Assembly: GCF_018977255.1 (NCBI RefSeq)
Contig: NW_024704743.1
Coordinates: forward strand, 29,266,001-29,330,000
Length of the DNA stretch: 64,000 nucleotides
Reading direction: 5' to 3'
Origin: Callorhinchus milii
Lineage: Eukaryota
Position numbers and translations under genes: made by a program. The notes beneath the pieces were generated by a model that did not search any database, was not told the DNA's origin, and worked only from the letters and a program-made list of their open reading frames with translations. Of the stretch, positions 22,841 to 37,054 are shown piece after piece (the stretch's first letter is position 1; every line of letters starts with the position of its first letter).

Positions 22841-23530
22841 ATAACAGCAACAAAATTATATTTGTATAGCGCCTTTCACTTCGGGAGGACGTCCCAAGGT
22901 GCTGGACAGACAGAGTTACAGACCCGAGCTGAGGGTCAGGGTGGGGGAGGGTGAAGGGCAGGGGGGGGAAGCAGGGAGATCGAAAGCACAGTCGAAGAGG
23001 AGGGTCTTGAGGTGGATCTTGAAGGTGGCGAGGGAGGGGGTGAGGCGGAGGGACTGTGGGATGGAGTTACAGAGGGTGGGGGCAGAGTGGCGGAAGGCCT
23101 GCCCGCCAATAGTGGGGCGAACAAGGGGGTGACGTGAAGCAGGCCGGAGCCCGCTGAGCGGAGGGAGCAAACAAGATGGTAGGGGTTTAGGAGGTCGGAG
23201 AGGTAGGGAGGAGCAAGACCGTAGAGGGCTTTGAAGGTGAGGACCAGGATTTTGAACTGTATCTTCTGTGTGATGGGAAACCAATAGAGTTGGGCAAGGA
23301 TGGGGGTGTGGGAGAAGACACGGGCTGCAGAGTTCTGGATGATCTGCCGCCTATGGAGGGAGGAGTTGGAGAGGCCGACAAGCAATGAGTTCGCATAGTC
23401 GAGCCTGATGTAATGAAGGCATGTATGAGGGTTTTGGGAGCCTGCGGTGTGAGACAGTGGGAGCCGTGCGGCGTTGCAGAGGTGGGGGAGGGCAGAGCGG
23501 GTCACGTCGCAGATGTGGGGTAGAGAGGAT
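22841..23530 (-). mobile_element. L2 LINE 3' fragment (ORF2 C-terminus plus tail)
   Basis: Minus frames: [97 protein letters not shown]. Confidence 0.92.
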
Positions 23531-24569
23531 AGTTAAGAGAAAGGCAAGAATAGGTTTCACGGGGCTAATATTGGTCTTACACCTCCGTCCTCAAAAAAAC
23601 AAATAGTTTGTGTAAGTTAAAAAGATTTCACATAAATTATGATTATTCCAAAAGATAAAAGATCAGCGCCGACGACAAAGAGGGAAGGAAGCAGAACAGT
23701 GAGACTGACTTGAAAACTATGCTATTGTGTTGCTAGTTTCCACAATGACTGAACAATTGGGTTTCACAACAACATTGCTCACTTTTGCCATTGTAAAATA
23801 GGTCCGGTCAACCCCCTGAAATAAACAGAAATGTTGCTTATTTGCCCCTGGTTTCAGCCTTGTCCCTTTTATTCTTGCAATATCCACTTTGGACAGCACA
23901 AATAAGTTACAGAAAATCCTGTGAAGCACTTTGAGACATTTTGACGACTTGATAAAGTGCTATATCTAATGGAAGGATTATTATAATGCGACGATCAAGA
24001 TCACCTTAAAGATATTTAATTTTAAAAGTTGCTTGCTGTAAAGTCATATTTAAAGTATCTTGTGAGCATTTCACTCCTATCTCACTGGCTTAGATGTGGT
24101 GCACCAACTGAGCTGTAAGCACTTTTCATAAGGCAGTCTTCTTTACAAGTATGTTACACTGAGGAACATTTAATCGTGTTACTTTAATGCTCCAGATCTC
24201 AGACTTAACCATAGATTTCTGAGACGCTGCATGCACCTACTAAATAAGGTGGCTGAAACATTGGCCTCAAGAGCGAGAGAATTAAGTTAAATTCAAACAT
24301 CCCACTTCAGTAACACTGAAAACATATACAACATTCAGTAATAACACCTTCACATCAAATGAATTTCTTGAAGCAAGAACATTGAAAAATGTTAATAAAA
24401 TCCTTGGTAAAAATCCTAGCTCTCTTGCCTCTGGGTCAGAAGATTTAAGTCTCACATCAAGACTTTGAACTCAGTCTCGGCTGACACTTCAATGTAGTGC
24501 TGGGGCTACGCTGCACTGTTAGTTGTGTTATCCTTCAGATGAGACACTAAAACAAGTTTACTGTATAAT

Positions 24570-24996
24570 TAATAATATTAATAATCCTTGCATTTGATAT
24601 AGAGTCTTATCACATCTTCGAGAAATCTCAAAGTGCTTCACAGAATATACTGTATTGTGAAATGACTGTGTATTTTGTGGGCAAAACACGGCAGCCAATT
24701 GCACACAGTACAACCAATTGCACACAGGTTTTGTGTAAACCATCAGCTGTGATTTACCCAAACTGACTGACCACAAACAGTCTTGGATTGAGTGACCAAT
24801 TTATTACTTTTTTAAGGAATTATTACCACCGGAAAAGCAATCTGCCAATCGACTAAAAAATGGGTTCCTACTTACTGCTAGATAAATAGAGGCATGTGGA
24901 GTAAGGAAACTTGCCCAAAGTTTTGCCCTGCTGGAAATCAAACCCAGGTCTCTTGCTCGAGAGGCGAGTGCTCTAACCACTGAGCTACAGGAGTCC
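24570..24996 (-). mobile_element. tRNA-Ala SINE, long subfamily with fuller CORE-like segment
   Basis: Has about 60 extra nt (sense CTATTTATCTAGCAGTAAGTAGGAACCC..GATTGCTTTTCCGGT) absent from the short copies. Confidence 0.85.
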
Positions 24997-27139
24997 ACAA
25001 GTCATACATAAAGCAGACAAGGCAAAGGCTCAGCTAGGTAAGAAGGAAACAGAAAGCTTCAGATGAAGAAGACCCTTCAGTCTATTTGATCCCATTCATC
25101 CAATTGTGTTCCTGCACTCCAGGGTTTCGCCACTGATGGCTAGTGGCACTCTGGTGTTTGGGTTTATTGCCAAACTCAATAAATCATTCACGAACCAACA
25201 GTTCCATCACCTTAATCAGTCTTTCTCTTGATTGGGTGACTAAATTTCCCCAGAGAAAGCAAAGAAAAAGAGAAGGATAGAGGAGAAGAGGAACAATTAA
25301 TGTATTAAAAGATCAAGAATCAAGGTAAAAAAAATCATATTCTCCACGTAAAACTTTCTCATACTGATTCTCTCTCCCCCTCACAAAACAAGGATACCAA
25401 AACTGCTCAACCTGAATGTATCAGTGTTTTTAGTAATATAGATTATGCCAGAGATCATGTATGTTTAATTGCAATGAAACTGTTACACTGACTGACCTGT
25501 AAATGCTCCAAGAGCTATCCCATGTGAAGGTCGCTGTAAAAATGCAAGTTGTTGTTGAAAATAATTTGTTATATCATAGAAATAAAAGCATTATAAGTGA
25601 CAGAAGCATCGGTCATTTATTTCATGGCTATTTGTGGTACTGGACTGCTGTGCTGATTCACCTAAAAATACACAGTCACTCCACTTCACAGTATATCCTG
25701 TAAAGCGTTTCGAGATGCCCTCTTGACGTGAAAGGCACTACACTAAATGTAAGGATTATTATCATTATTATTACAAGTTTATCAGAGGTTATGGTGTATT
25801 ATGAGCATTACCGTGAAGTGCTACTGTAGAGCTTAGCTACAAAAAAATGCAAGTGGAAGACGTACACAAATTGAGACATGGTTATTTAACGCAAAGTCAT
25901 AATGATGGAATAATCTTCGTCTTTTGAAGCAAGTGATGATTGCTTCCGTATTCATGTTGGTTGTTGATTATACAGAATAGCCCTGAACGTCATGTACCAT
26001 AAATCCCGCAAACCTTACAACCTAATAAATTCCATGAAGAATCACAGCTTTATCAATGTAAGTGTGGAGCATTTCACTCAAATCCGTTTAGCTTCCTGCT
26101 CATGCTAATCCTGGCACAAAAATTCCATTGCTGTGACCAACACTGAACCACAAAATTTCATTAAATCCATTCTGGTTTTGCAGGATGTTTATTGTAATGT
26201 GTTCAGCATGGAGGAGACTTCTTTTCTGAGGCCACTGTGCTTTCTATAGAAGTTTCATTAGGAAGTTGCATCCCACACACTGTTCTAATTTTCTCGTATT
26301 ATCAGATCTGTCATAGATAATAATGGTTAGAAAGCAGAAATGTTTAGAAGAAAAGTTTGACTACATTGTTCTGCACGTGACACTAAAATGTAGCGTTCAC
26401 CAGGGTGAGGAGAAATAAGAGGTCGCCAATAAAATCTGTCTTCTTTGACCTAACTTGGTCTTTTCCTTTAATTCCTTGCACTTTTTACCCTGAAATATGT
26501 GACCTTTTGCTATTAATAAAAGATGTTTCATTAAAAAAAAACAAGCTACAGAATTCAGGAGGAGCAAGGGTTACATGTGTGGGATGAAACGCTCCACGTA
26601 TTAAATGAGCATTAAAGCCTGCGAGCAATACTGCTGTAGGATGCACAGAAGAATGATTTGATTAATATTGTAGATCAGGCAGATAGAGAGGATCACAGAT
26701 CAGGCCTATTACTGGCTTGACTGAGAAGATAAGACTGACACCACCACTTCAGTCTCCTTGCTGCCGTGACAGGACCCTTTTGCCCTCCAGCACTGGCCTC
26801 GTCACAAAGCAGAGTTCCACTTACTGCATGTAACGGAATAGGCAATCTATGGGTTTTTAACCTTTCCCTGCAAATAAAATATTATGCTGTAACACAACCC
26901 TCTTAATAACTTATATTAACAATATATTACAAAAGTTATATGTGATACAAAGAAACTGATTTTTGTATGAAAGTACAATCATTCAATGTGGTTTACAGCA
27001 TAGAAGGAACCCATTTCGCCCGTTGTGGTTTTGCTGGTGCCAGTTCTTTTTCCACCCACTTCCAATGTAACTGCCTGCTCTAATTTTATTTCTCTGCTCT
27101 TTCCCTTCAATACTGTCTTCAAGTTATTTGTCCCATGTC

Positions 27140-27488
27140 AGGACATTCAGTTCATAGGCTGACACTCCAATATAATGCTGGGGTGCATTGTTGAATGTAC
27201 CGTCTTTCAGAAGAGTTGTGAAACCAAGGTCCTGTATGTCTGTTCAGGTGGACGTTAAAGATCCCATAGTACTATTAGAAAAGAGAAAGGAATGTCTCCT
27301 AGTGTCCTGGCCAATAGTCACTCAAATAAAATTGATTATTCAATTCATGGCTGTTTGTGGGATTTTGCTGTGCGCAAATTATCTGACTCAATTGCTACAC
27401 TTCACAGGCAAATCCGATGAGGCACTTTGAAATGTCTCAATGACATGGTAAGGTGCTATACCAAATACAGGGATAATTATTATTATTA
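27140..27488 (+). mobile_element. Old DeuSINE-like SINE
   Basis: TTCAGGTGGACGTTAAAGATCCCATAGTACTATT..GTGTCCTGGCCAATA..GGCTGTTTGTGGGATTTTGCTGTGCGCAAATT. Confidence 0.8.
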
Positions 27489-29095
27489 GATACTTGCCCA
27501 CTTCTTTTTTCGAATCAATGGTTGGTTGTGGTAAAACAAAATCTGCACTTTAACAAACCTCCAAAAAAAATGGTCTGGCTTCCTTCCTTTTTCCTTCAGA
27601 TGCTAATGCTAATACTCAATTTATGCCTCCTTGTTACTGACACACCACTGGAAATAGTCTGTATATACTGTATTTACTCTTTCAAAATCATTCACAATAT
27701 AACTGTGACTGCTTATCTCTGGCATTAATCTACTGAATCTCTGCTGTACTCTTTTCACAGCTGTGATATTCATTTTGTTCAGTTATGGGGAGCCCAAGCT
27801 CCCATAGATGGTCTTTGTAGATACCAAGCAGCATTTGATGAGGTTGCATTTGTGAAATGTTACAAGACTGGGGTCAAAATATAGCTTCACACATTTACAA
27901 GAGCTGAAAGGGCCAAAACCTCTGCTATAAAAATAAAAATAAAAAAGGTCTCTGGGGGAAATCTGCTCCAAGTGGAATAGTTGAGAACAAGCTATTCATG
28001 ATGCTTACCACACAAGTGCTTATATCAGCTCTGTGCATCAACACATTTGATTTGTATCATGCATTAGATTGAGGCGCCATAGTATCACACCTATCGCAAC
28101 TACAATCATTGTTTTTTAGCAGGGTGTGAGATTTGACACTCCTGTTTTGTTTGGGTTTGTGAGTTGCCAGCAAATTAAGATAAAAAAGTCTCACCTTTGA
28201 CAGCTTCCTTTTAAATGTTGTATGTTAAACTCAGATCTTGAATGAACCTGTTTAAGCTCTCTATGATCGTGAACAAACCATTTTTGGCAACTTCATTTTG
28301 TACATTAAGTATTACATGTACGGAAATCAAATAATTTGCAGGTCAAATCTTTGTCTTATAAGGGGGGAGTATTTGAATAAAAAAAACAAGAGTTTTGGGG
28401 TAGATATACAGAATATTAACTGCTTTCTCTAAAACAAATTCCTATCCTTTCAAATAATAATCATGAACCTTGCAGCTGATATAATGCCTTTCACATTGGG
28501 AGGGGCTCTGTCTCAAAGTGCTTCGCAGGATTTACTGTAATGTGTAGTGACTGTTTATTTTGTAGGTAGAAAACAATCATTGGCAATCAGATAGCTGTAA
28601 ATTGAATTGTACCATTTATATATTTATGATGTAACTGAATGGAATTGAAAGACTCCTCTTGTAAATCAATGGCTGCTGAAATATCTTATTGTCATTCAGT
28701 GGAATTGCAGCCTGCAGGACGGGCTGTCTTGAGGGTCTGCTCATCAGCAAACACGTTTGCTTCCAGTTCAGTTCAAACTCCTTTTTTCTAGGCTGGAAGG
28801 AAGAAATTTGAGGGGAATTTGTCCCCTTCCTTTGAATCTAAGAGCAAAATTAGTGACATTGCTTCGAACTGTTCAGTGATCATGCCATGCAACTGCACTG
28901 TTAATCCAGTCGCCCCGTCACAATGCTGATTATTGAGAATCAAGTGACTTGATTTAATGTCTTTTCCCTTTGTCACCAATCCCATCCCTGGCCCAGCAGA
29001 AAGAATCTTGATTACAGCAGCAGCACTCAGAGCCAAGCAGAGTGCAGGAGTCTCATTTCTTGTGTGGGACTGTATCTAAGTGGAGTCTACCTTGT

Positions 29096-29408
29096 GGAGA
29101 CCTGTAGCTCAGTGGTTAGAGCACTCGCCTCACCTGGGTTCCATTCCCTGCAGGGCGAAATCTTGGACAAGTTTATTACTCCACACACCTGATAATAATC
29201 CCTCAAGAAAAAAAACAATAATAAATTGGTCACTTCAATCCACGACTGTTTGTGGGACACTGCTGTGCGCAATTGGCTGCCGCGTTTCGCCCACAAATAT
29301 ACAGTCAATTCACTTTACAGTCTATTCTGTGAAGCGCTTTGAGACGGCTAGAAGATGTGAAAAGCACTATATCAAATGCAAGAATTATTATTATTATATT
29401 ATTATTAT
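29096..29408 (+). mobile_element. Young tRNA-Ala SINE
   Basis: Near-consensus body and tail; anticodon arm partly deleted. Confidence 0.9.
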
Positions 29409-30289
29409 ATCTTACTAGTTTCTTTTCAGAGGTAACGGGTGATACACAATGGCTGGTTTTGCAAGTGCCTAATCCAAGTCGGATCAGCTGCTCGCATAGA
29501 GGCAAGTGCAAAAGAAAAGGCACTACTCTTGAGGTTAACAGCTGATCTTGATCACCTGTCAAGACTGAGGCCTTCAGAAACAACAACAACTTGCATTTAT
29601 ATAGCACACTTCATGTGGGGTAGAGTCCCGCCATGCTTTGGGAAATCACTTACCAAGGAAAATAAAAGTCCCGGGGATGCGAAATGTGACATTGCCTCCT
29701 TTTTCGCACCAAATGGATTCCAGAAGGGTCATATAAAAGCAGTATAAACTTACCAGCCTCAGTATTTCCATCCTTATCTCATCTTTTACTGGTCTGATTT
29801 AGAAGAGTGTTGAAACCCAAATATCTTTACAATCAAGTGGGAGTTTCTATTGCAGGGAAATCAGTTAAACTATCTTCACAACTGCTCAGTTGATGCAAAG
29901 GGAAAGGAAGTTTGTAAATAGTAAACGTATGTGCAATAATAAATCTCACGAAGTCAAAACCTTTATATAAAAAACTTGGTAAAGTTTTACAGAACTTCAT
30001 AAAACCACAAGTGGTCATTATTTCAGCTATTCACAGCTTGGGTTTGGACTGTTTTGCCAAGTTACTTTCCAGAAGCCTGGGAGTTTTCATTCGATTGCTT
30101 CTGGATGAGGATTAAAAATAATCTAAAACAGGATACCACAAACTACTGGGAACATGATTGTTAATCCACTGCTTCCATCAGTCCCTTTATATTATTGTTC
30201 TCACTCGTCTTCTCTTTTAGCCAGAAGGGTGAGATCACCGCTGTTGCCATTCTATACTGGCTAGAGAGATCTTCTCCAGGAAGGCGTAA

Positions 30290-30600
30290 TTAATAAATAA
30301 TAATCGTAGCATTTCAAATAATGCCTTATCAAGTCATTGAGATGTCTCATAGTACTTCGCAGGATATATTGTAAAGAGGAGTGACTGTATTATGTGAGCG
30401 AAACGTGGCAGCCAGTTTACACACAGCAATGTCCAACAAACAGGCATGGAGTGAATGACCAACTTTATTTGATGGATTGTTGGCCGAAACACTGGGAGAA
30501 ACTCCTTTCACTTTTTGAATAGCGCCATGGAATTTTTCATGTCTACATGAACAGGCAGCCGGGACTTCAGTTTAGCGTCTCATCCGAAGGATGGCACCTC
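30290..30600 (-). mobile_element. Old DeuSINE-like SINE, 5'-truncated
   Basis: GCGCCATGGAATTTTTCATGTCTACATGAACAGG..CGTCTCATCCGAAGGATGGCACCTC is the reverse of the Deu-like core. Confidence 0.8.
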
Positions 30601-31434
30601 TTACCACTGAAGATTTTATCTTCCCTAAAATGTAATACATCAGGCCATCCTCCATTAAGCATCCTGCCTTAGAGACTTAGGTCGATATTCAGAGCTCAGA
30701 AAAACATTTTTTGCTTCAATAGATTTCTTTACTTCCGCTTGTGTTGTCATCCTTAGCCGTTTCCACAACAACACTTTTGCAGGGGACTCATCCAAAAACA
30801 TTTTTTTNCAGAGCAAAAATGGTTAATATTCTGATGTTGTTCACCCTACACACTCATAACTTTTCACAACTTTAGATTTCTTTGCCTATTTTAGCAAACC
30901 CAGTGCCTCCTGTCTGGTAAGAACCGAGACCTATTTTAAGCATTGGAGCTGTTCCGATCAGGATGACACAAATTCCATTTTACGATTGCCAAACTTAGTC
31001 ACAGCAGCAGCAGAATGGGAGGCGAAGGACTTGAAGTCGCTGGAGGGCTGAAGCAGTACTTACCAGACAATCACCACATATTCTACAATGCGCAATCCCA
31101 AAAAAGCAAACGATGAATTTGTTCTACTTTTACACATACATTCCAACAGTTTATGAGACTGGTACTTTACCAGCCCACCGTGAAAGCTGACTTATACCGA
31201 TAGAGGTCTTTGTTCATAGTTCTCCTATTTTTCTTCAAACACAAGATGAAAAAAGTACATTATTTTGAAGTGAATCACACATTTTGATTATTTTTAAAAC
31301 TGATGTGGGAGTTCATTGGCAGACTGACAGTCAGTGCATTTAGCCCCAGTATGGTGGGTGGACTATTGGTTACCAGCAAGTTTCAATTCACATGGTCTGG
31401 TTCCAATCATTGTCAATGGATGCTTTGCATTGCT

Positions 31435-31810
31435 TTGCCCAAGTTGGTATGTCTCTAAACTCTGGGTCAGCAGGTTGTGAAACCTACAGGACTTTGAGCT
31501 CATGGTCAATGCTGATACGACAATGCAATCCTGGGTGAGCATTGGATTGTTGAAGGTGTTGTCCTTCACTTTAAATCGAGGGCCCATCTGTTTTTCAAGT
31601 GGATGTTGTTAAACACCCACCATTCGAAAAGACAACAGAGTTTCTCCCCGAGGCTTTCAGATAAATTGGTCATTTACCACAGTCTGTTTGTGGGACCTTA
31701 CTCTGTGCAAAATGGCTGCTGCATTTGCCTACAAAAACAGTCATTACACTTGACAGTAATTACTGTGAAGTTATAAATAAGGTGCTATTAAAATGCGAGG
31801 CCTTTCTTTC
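31435..31810 (+). mobile_element. Old DeuSINE-like SINE
   Basis: Degenerate head, Deu-like core, GTTTGTGGGACCTTACTCTGTGCAAAATGGCTGCTGCATTTGCCTAC. Confidence 0.7.
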
Positions 31811-32698
31811 CTCTTTCTTTATATCACACAGAACTGGACAGAAGTTGAAATCTCCAGATCAGAGTTGGTAAATTAATACTTGTGAAGCTCTGTCAAAGAG
31901 AGTATTCATTTTGAAATGTTCGTCTGGAAGTTGCCGGGCCTCTGTGTTGTCGGTTTACTTTTATTGCTAGACCATACACACCACCCCGCAGGCATGGTGC
32001 AAATTCACAGACCAAATACAACAGTCTAAACACATTCAAGATTATTTTCCCTTTGCAGATTGCGCATGTTTAAAACTGTATATTTTTAAATGACGAAGTG
32101 AGAGCAAACCATTTCAGATGAAGAGCGAAACATGGCGGCCCTTTATCCTAACATATGGCAGCTTGCAATAAAATGAACCCACATTTAAGGGATTAAGGCC
32201 ACATTTTTTCTGGTCTTGTTCGAGTACTTTATACCACTGTCGGCCCCAGTGCAAGCTGACAGTGGTCTATTAACTGGCCCATTGTCTTCTTTGAGTTTGG
32301 TTGATAGTGAAACTGTGCATTCTGTTCCCATGTGTTATTACAGAAGTCACTGTTAAGATCATTTTCACCGTATCTCTTACGTACGAGCTTAGTCAGAGAT
32401 TATTGAGAAGTCATAAGATTTCATTAAATTCCACAGCCGTGTCAATCTAAATGTGGATTTATCCAATTCGGGATCCTGGGTTAAAACTACAGGCCATTTC
32501 GGCATTGCTGAGGGTGGATTTCAACGGAATATTTAAAGAATGAGCAATCTTAGCAATAACAAAATCAGATGCTGCGGCCCAACCAGAGGGTCATAAGTTC
32601 AAAGCCTAATCTCAGCTGGAATTTGAACTCACCTCCCCTAGTTGGGAAAGCTTCAACACAGAATGCTCACTCTTTTTTTGTTGGTAAGGTGGGGGTGT

Positions 32699-32765
32699 TC
32701 AGCGCTTTGGGATGTCCTCCCGACGTGAAAGGCGCTCTATAAATGTAATTTTGTTGTTGTTGTTG
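32699..32765 (+). mobile_element. L2 tail-only stub
   Basis: CAGCGCTTTGGGATGTCCTCCCGACGTGAAAGGCGCTCTATAAATGTAATTTTGTTGTTGTTGTTG; similar stubs near 5536, 20765, 29578, 36972, 37615, 45037, 48185 and 53612. Confidence 0.8.
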
Positions 32766-33632
32766 TGTTGAATTAGGAACAGTCCCCTCCTATTAGCTGA
32801 ACGTGATGGTGCACTGATGATGGCCAAGGGGAGGACCTGAAGCGCTCCTCACTGTAGGGAGGAGTAGGGGAGACACAGTAAAACTGCGAGAGAAAATAGA
32901 ATATAGAAATGTGCATTTGAGCACATCCACAAATACTCCTGCCAGTCAGATCATGATTACACAGACGAAAAGCAACAAGCCGTTTGCTTTATTCAATGGG
33001 AAGTAAATGCCCACAATCCTGTCATGTGTTCCACCTTGGCTTAGTTGGTAACACTCTTGGCTCAGACTCAGAAGGTTGTGGGTTCAAGCCCAATGTCAGG
33101 CCTTGGAATCATATTGTCTAAGACGACATTTCAATGCCTGCTGGGTGGGTATTGCATTGTCGGAGGTGCCGTCCTTTGCATGAGACGGTAACCCGTTTTT
33201 TAGACAAGGACCTTCTGCCAACAAGATACAGAGCATCATGTATTCTGTCAAGGTTCACTCTCTTTGGACAGGGAGGAGTCACGCATATCTGAAGCAAACA
33301 AATGTATTTATTCAAGGAATTAGCTTTCTCATTTTCCTCCCAAAATCATGTATTTTTCCCCGGTTCTTAATTTGTTTTACTGGCTCTATCTGCATATTCA
33401 AATCTCTTTCTCACTATCTCTGCTGGTGATCTGAGATTAAATGACCAATAAATGTACAAAACGCCTGAAATTAAAAGGTCGAATTCATCAAAGAACCATG
33501 GCCCAACTAGACTCTGGTGCTTTTCCCGAAGGATCATTGTGAGGCAACTTGATGCATTTGTTAAAGATGGACAAAGGTGCTTCATAATCTCTCTGGCAAG
33601 GATAATTATCATTACATAATAAAATTATGCTT

Positions 33633-35126
33633 ACAACAACAATAAAATTACATTTATAGAGCTCTTTTCACGTTGGGAGGATGTCCCAAGGTGCTGGACA
33701 GTCAGGAGTCAGGAACTGAGCATGGGGGAAGGGTAGGGTAGGGTCAGGGAAGGCAAAGAGACGGGAGGGTGACTGAAGGCACAATCGAAGAGGAGGGTCT
33801 TGAGACCGGCCTTGAAGGAGGCAAGGGAGGAAGCGAGACAAAGGGACCGTGGGATGCAGTACCAGAGCGTGGAGGAAGAGAAGCTGAAAGCCCGGCCACC
33901 AATGGTAGGGTGGGAGACATGGAGCAGGCCGGAGCCCGCTGAATGGAGGGAGCGGGCAGGTTGGTAGGGAATCAGCAGGTCAGAGAGGTAGGAGGGGGCA
34001 AGGCCATGGATGGCCTTGAAAATGAGGACGAGGATCTTGAATTCGATCCTCTGAGGATGGAGTGCCAGTGGAGTCGGGCGAGGGTGGAAGTGATGGGGTC
34101 ACGGAGACTGGAGCACAAGAGTACACGAGCTGCAGAGTTTTGGATGATCTGCAGCTTGTGAAGGGAAGAGTTGGGAAGGCTGATGAGAAGGGATTTTCCA
34201 TAATCGAGCCTTGATATGACAAATACGTGGGTGAGGGTTTCGGCAGCCTGAGGGGTGAGGCAGTGGCGGAGTCTGGCAATGTTGCGGAGGTGGTGGTAGG
34301 CAGTGCCGGTCATGGCTTGGATGTGGGGGAGAAAGGACAGTTCAGGGTCAAACAAGATACCCAGGTTCCTGACTGGCTTAGTGAGGTTGAGTGTGCAGCT
34401 GTGGAGGCTGACGCTGCCAGCGACCGACATGCGGAGGCGCTGGTGCGAGCCAATCAGGAGGGCCTCGGTCTTGCTGACATCGAGTTGGAGAAAGTTGTCC
34501 CTCGTCCAGGACTTGATGTCGAACAGGCAGTCATTCAGGACGCCAGTAGTCCTGGAGTTGAGGGTGGAGGCAGAGAGGTAGAGTTGGGTGTCATCCACAT
34601 ACATGTGGGAATTTACCCCATGTCTGTGGATAATGTCACCAAGGGGAAGCATGTAGAGGGTGAAGAGGAGGGGACCGAGGACAGAGCCCTGAGGAACACC
34701 GCATGAGACGGTGCGGGGGCTGGAGGAGAAGCCTTTTGCAGAGATGAAGTGGAGGCGGTGTGAACTAGTCAAGGACAGAACCTTGAAGGTTGAGGTGGGA
34801 GGAGAGCCGGTGGAGGAGGATTTAGTGGCCCATAGTATCAAAGGTGGTGGAGAGGTCGAAGAGGATGAGGAGGCAGAGGGAGCCCTGGTCACACATGGTC
34901 AGGTTGTCATTTGTGACCTTGACCAGAGCAGTTTCTGTGCTGTGGGCAGCACGGAAACCCAATTGGAGGGGCTCACGGAGGGAGTGGGAAAAGATGAAAA
35001 AGCGAAGCTGGGAGTCTCAAGGATCTTAATTAGAAAAGGGAGGTGGGAGATGGGCCGGTAGCTGGATAGCTGTGATGGGTCAAAGGAAGCTTTCTTCATG
35101 GTGGGGGGTGATAATAGCTGTTTTGA
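33633..35126 (-). mobile_element. L2 LINE, 5'-truncated (about 1.5 kb), reverse transcriptase domain with frameshifts
   Basis: [121 protein letters not shown]; tail (TTG)n. Confidence 0.95.
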
Positions 35127-36376
35127 TGCTTACATAGAATCAGTACGGAAACAGGCCATTCAACTCAACTCACACCCACCTATTCCCCTCCCCCTCAAGT
35201 ACACAACAGGTTTTCTCTTAAATAAATTGATGCGTTTCACCCATAAAATATAGTCAATTCACTTTACTGTATATTCTGTGAAGCGCTTTGAGACGTCTCG
35301 AAGATATAATGCGCTCTATCAAATACAAGGATTATTATTATTATGCTTCTTCCACATTATCATTAACTTCTGCGCCCATCTCATCAAATCCTTTTATAAC
35401 TATTGTCTATCAGCTCTCCTTTCAATCATATCAACCCTGGGGAGATAAGCTTATTGTTAAATAATGAGCAGGGCCTGAACAGTAAAAGATGTAGCAAAGT
35501 GGAAAATAGCTCGAGAGTGAAGGTCAACAAAATACACAGTCACTCCACTTTACAGTATATACTGTGAAGTGCTTTTTGACATCTCAATAACATGATAAGC
35601 AACTACATCAAATGCAAGGATTATTATTATTTATTATTGTGGAGTGTAGAAGTGAACATTATGCATAGGATAGAGGACATGATGATGTCATGGCTTCCGT
35701 CTGTGTTTGGAGCGAAACCTGTTCCCTAATTGTCTTTTCAGCACGTAAATGTGTGGTTGGGGGGGTGGTAGGGAGCAGATGTAGCAGAAACAAGAGCAGC
35801 TCCCTGTTACTCTCATCTCCATTCAATACTCTTGTTACCTTAGCACTCACATCATAGAGTACTTACTTGTCTCTGGCTAAAGGTAAACACACAAAAAAAT
35901 GCATCCACATGACTGATGCCCAGATGTCCATAAACACCAGTAAACAATCATTAAGGGAAAAGAAGTGCTAACACCACTTCATAATGAGATAGCATTTTCT
36001 TTGGCTGAAAGAGTAATGACTGCAATAAAGACCCTCAGCAGCACATCAAAGGAATGATGCAGGAACCAGCTTGGCTCCATCAAACCAAAATGGGAAAAAC
36101 AAAATGTTGTAAAGGGAGGGTTGTAAAGGGTTCAGATTACATTTTTAAAAAAGCTCAAGAACAGTTTTATAATATCTTTTCAAAGTTTTATGTTCATATA
36201 AATTATTAGAATCCCTCAAGCATAAAACCTCCAATTGTAATAATAACAAAAAACAATGATACAGTACACTTGTAGAATGCTAGGCCTCAGATATTATTAA
36301 TAATAGCAATGCATGGGTCTAGTTCGAGCCAACCTTTAACACCTTACTACTAAGGAAAGAATCCCTTACTATAAAA

Positions 36377-36776
36377 TCAATAATAACCTTTGCATTTGGT
36401 GTAGTACCTTCTACGCTGGGAGGACATCCCAATGCACTTCACAGGATTTACTGTGAATTTGTGGACAAACACAGTAGCCAATTTGTACGCAGCAAACAAA
36501 TAGCCATGAAGTGAATGACCAAATTTTATTTGGGGGATTGTTGGCCAGGACACCAGGAGAAACTTCCTTCTCTTTTCCAATAGTGCCAGGGGATCTTTAA
36601 CATCCACCTGAACAGGCAGCCGGGACCTTGGTTTAACATCTCATCCAAAGCACACAATCTCCAACAATCCAACACACCCCTAGCTGTGCATTGGAGTGTC
36701 ATCTTCGATTATGTGATTTCAAGTGATTCGAACCCACAACCTTCTGACTCAGAGGCGAGAGTGTTACCAACTGAGT
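36377..36776 (-). mobile_element. Old DeuSINE-like SINE, near full length
   Basis: Sense head CTCAGTTGGTAACACTCTCGCCTCTGAGTCAGAAGGTTGTGGGTTCGAATC; core GGATGAGATGTTAAACCAAGGTCCC..TTCAGGTGGATGTTAAAGATCCCCTGGCACTATT..GGTGTCCTGGCCAAC. Confidence 0.85.
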
Positions 36777-37054
36777 GCACAGGACCCACTAAAGAAGGTG
36801 TGAGTAGCAAGTTACAAGCTTGAAAAAGAAACAAAGCAGTTCTAATGTCATAAGTCCATCCAGTGTCCAAATTGTACCTGATAAAGACATTGTGGTTGAA
36901 AATGCATTCGTCGGACAAACATCTAGTCTGGGAAGAAGCATCAATAGCGCCTCTGGAAAAAGCAATTTGGGATGTGAAGCACTTCGAGACTCAACCCCAC
37001 ATGAAGGCACTATGTAAATGCAAGTTGTTGTTGTTGAAAATGGGTCTTTGGCAG

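Noticed and set aside
33972..34892. 306-aa ORF as a functional reverse transcriptase gene
   Set aside because: Frameshifted at both ends, 5'-truncated, no endonuclease domain, YADD changed to YVDD; a dead L2 copy
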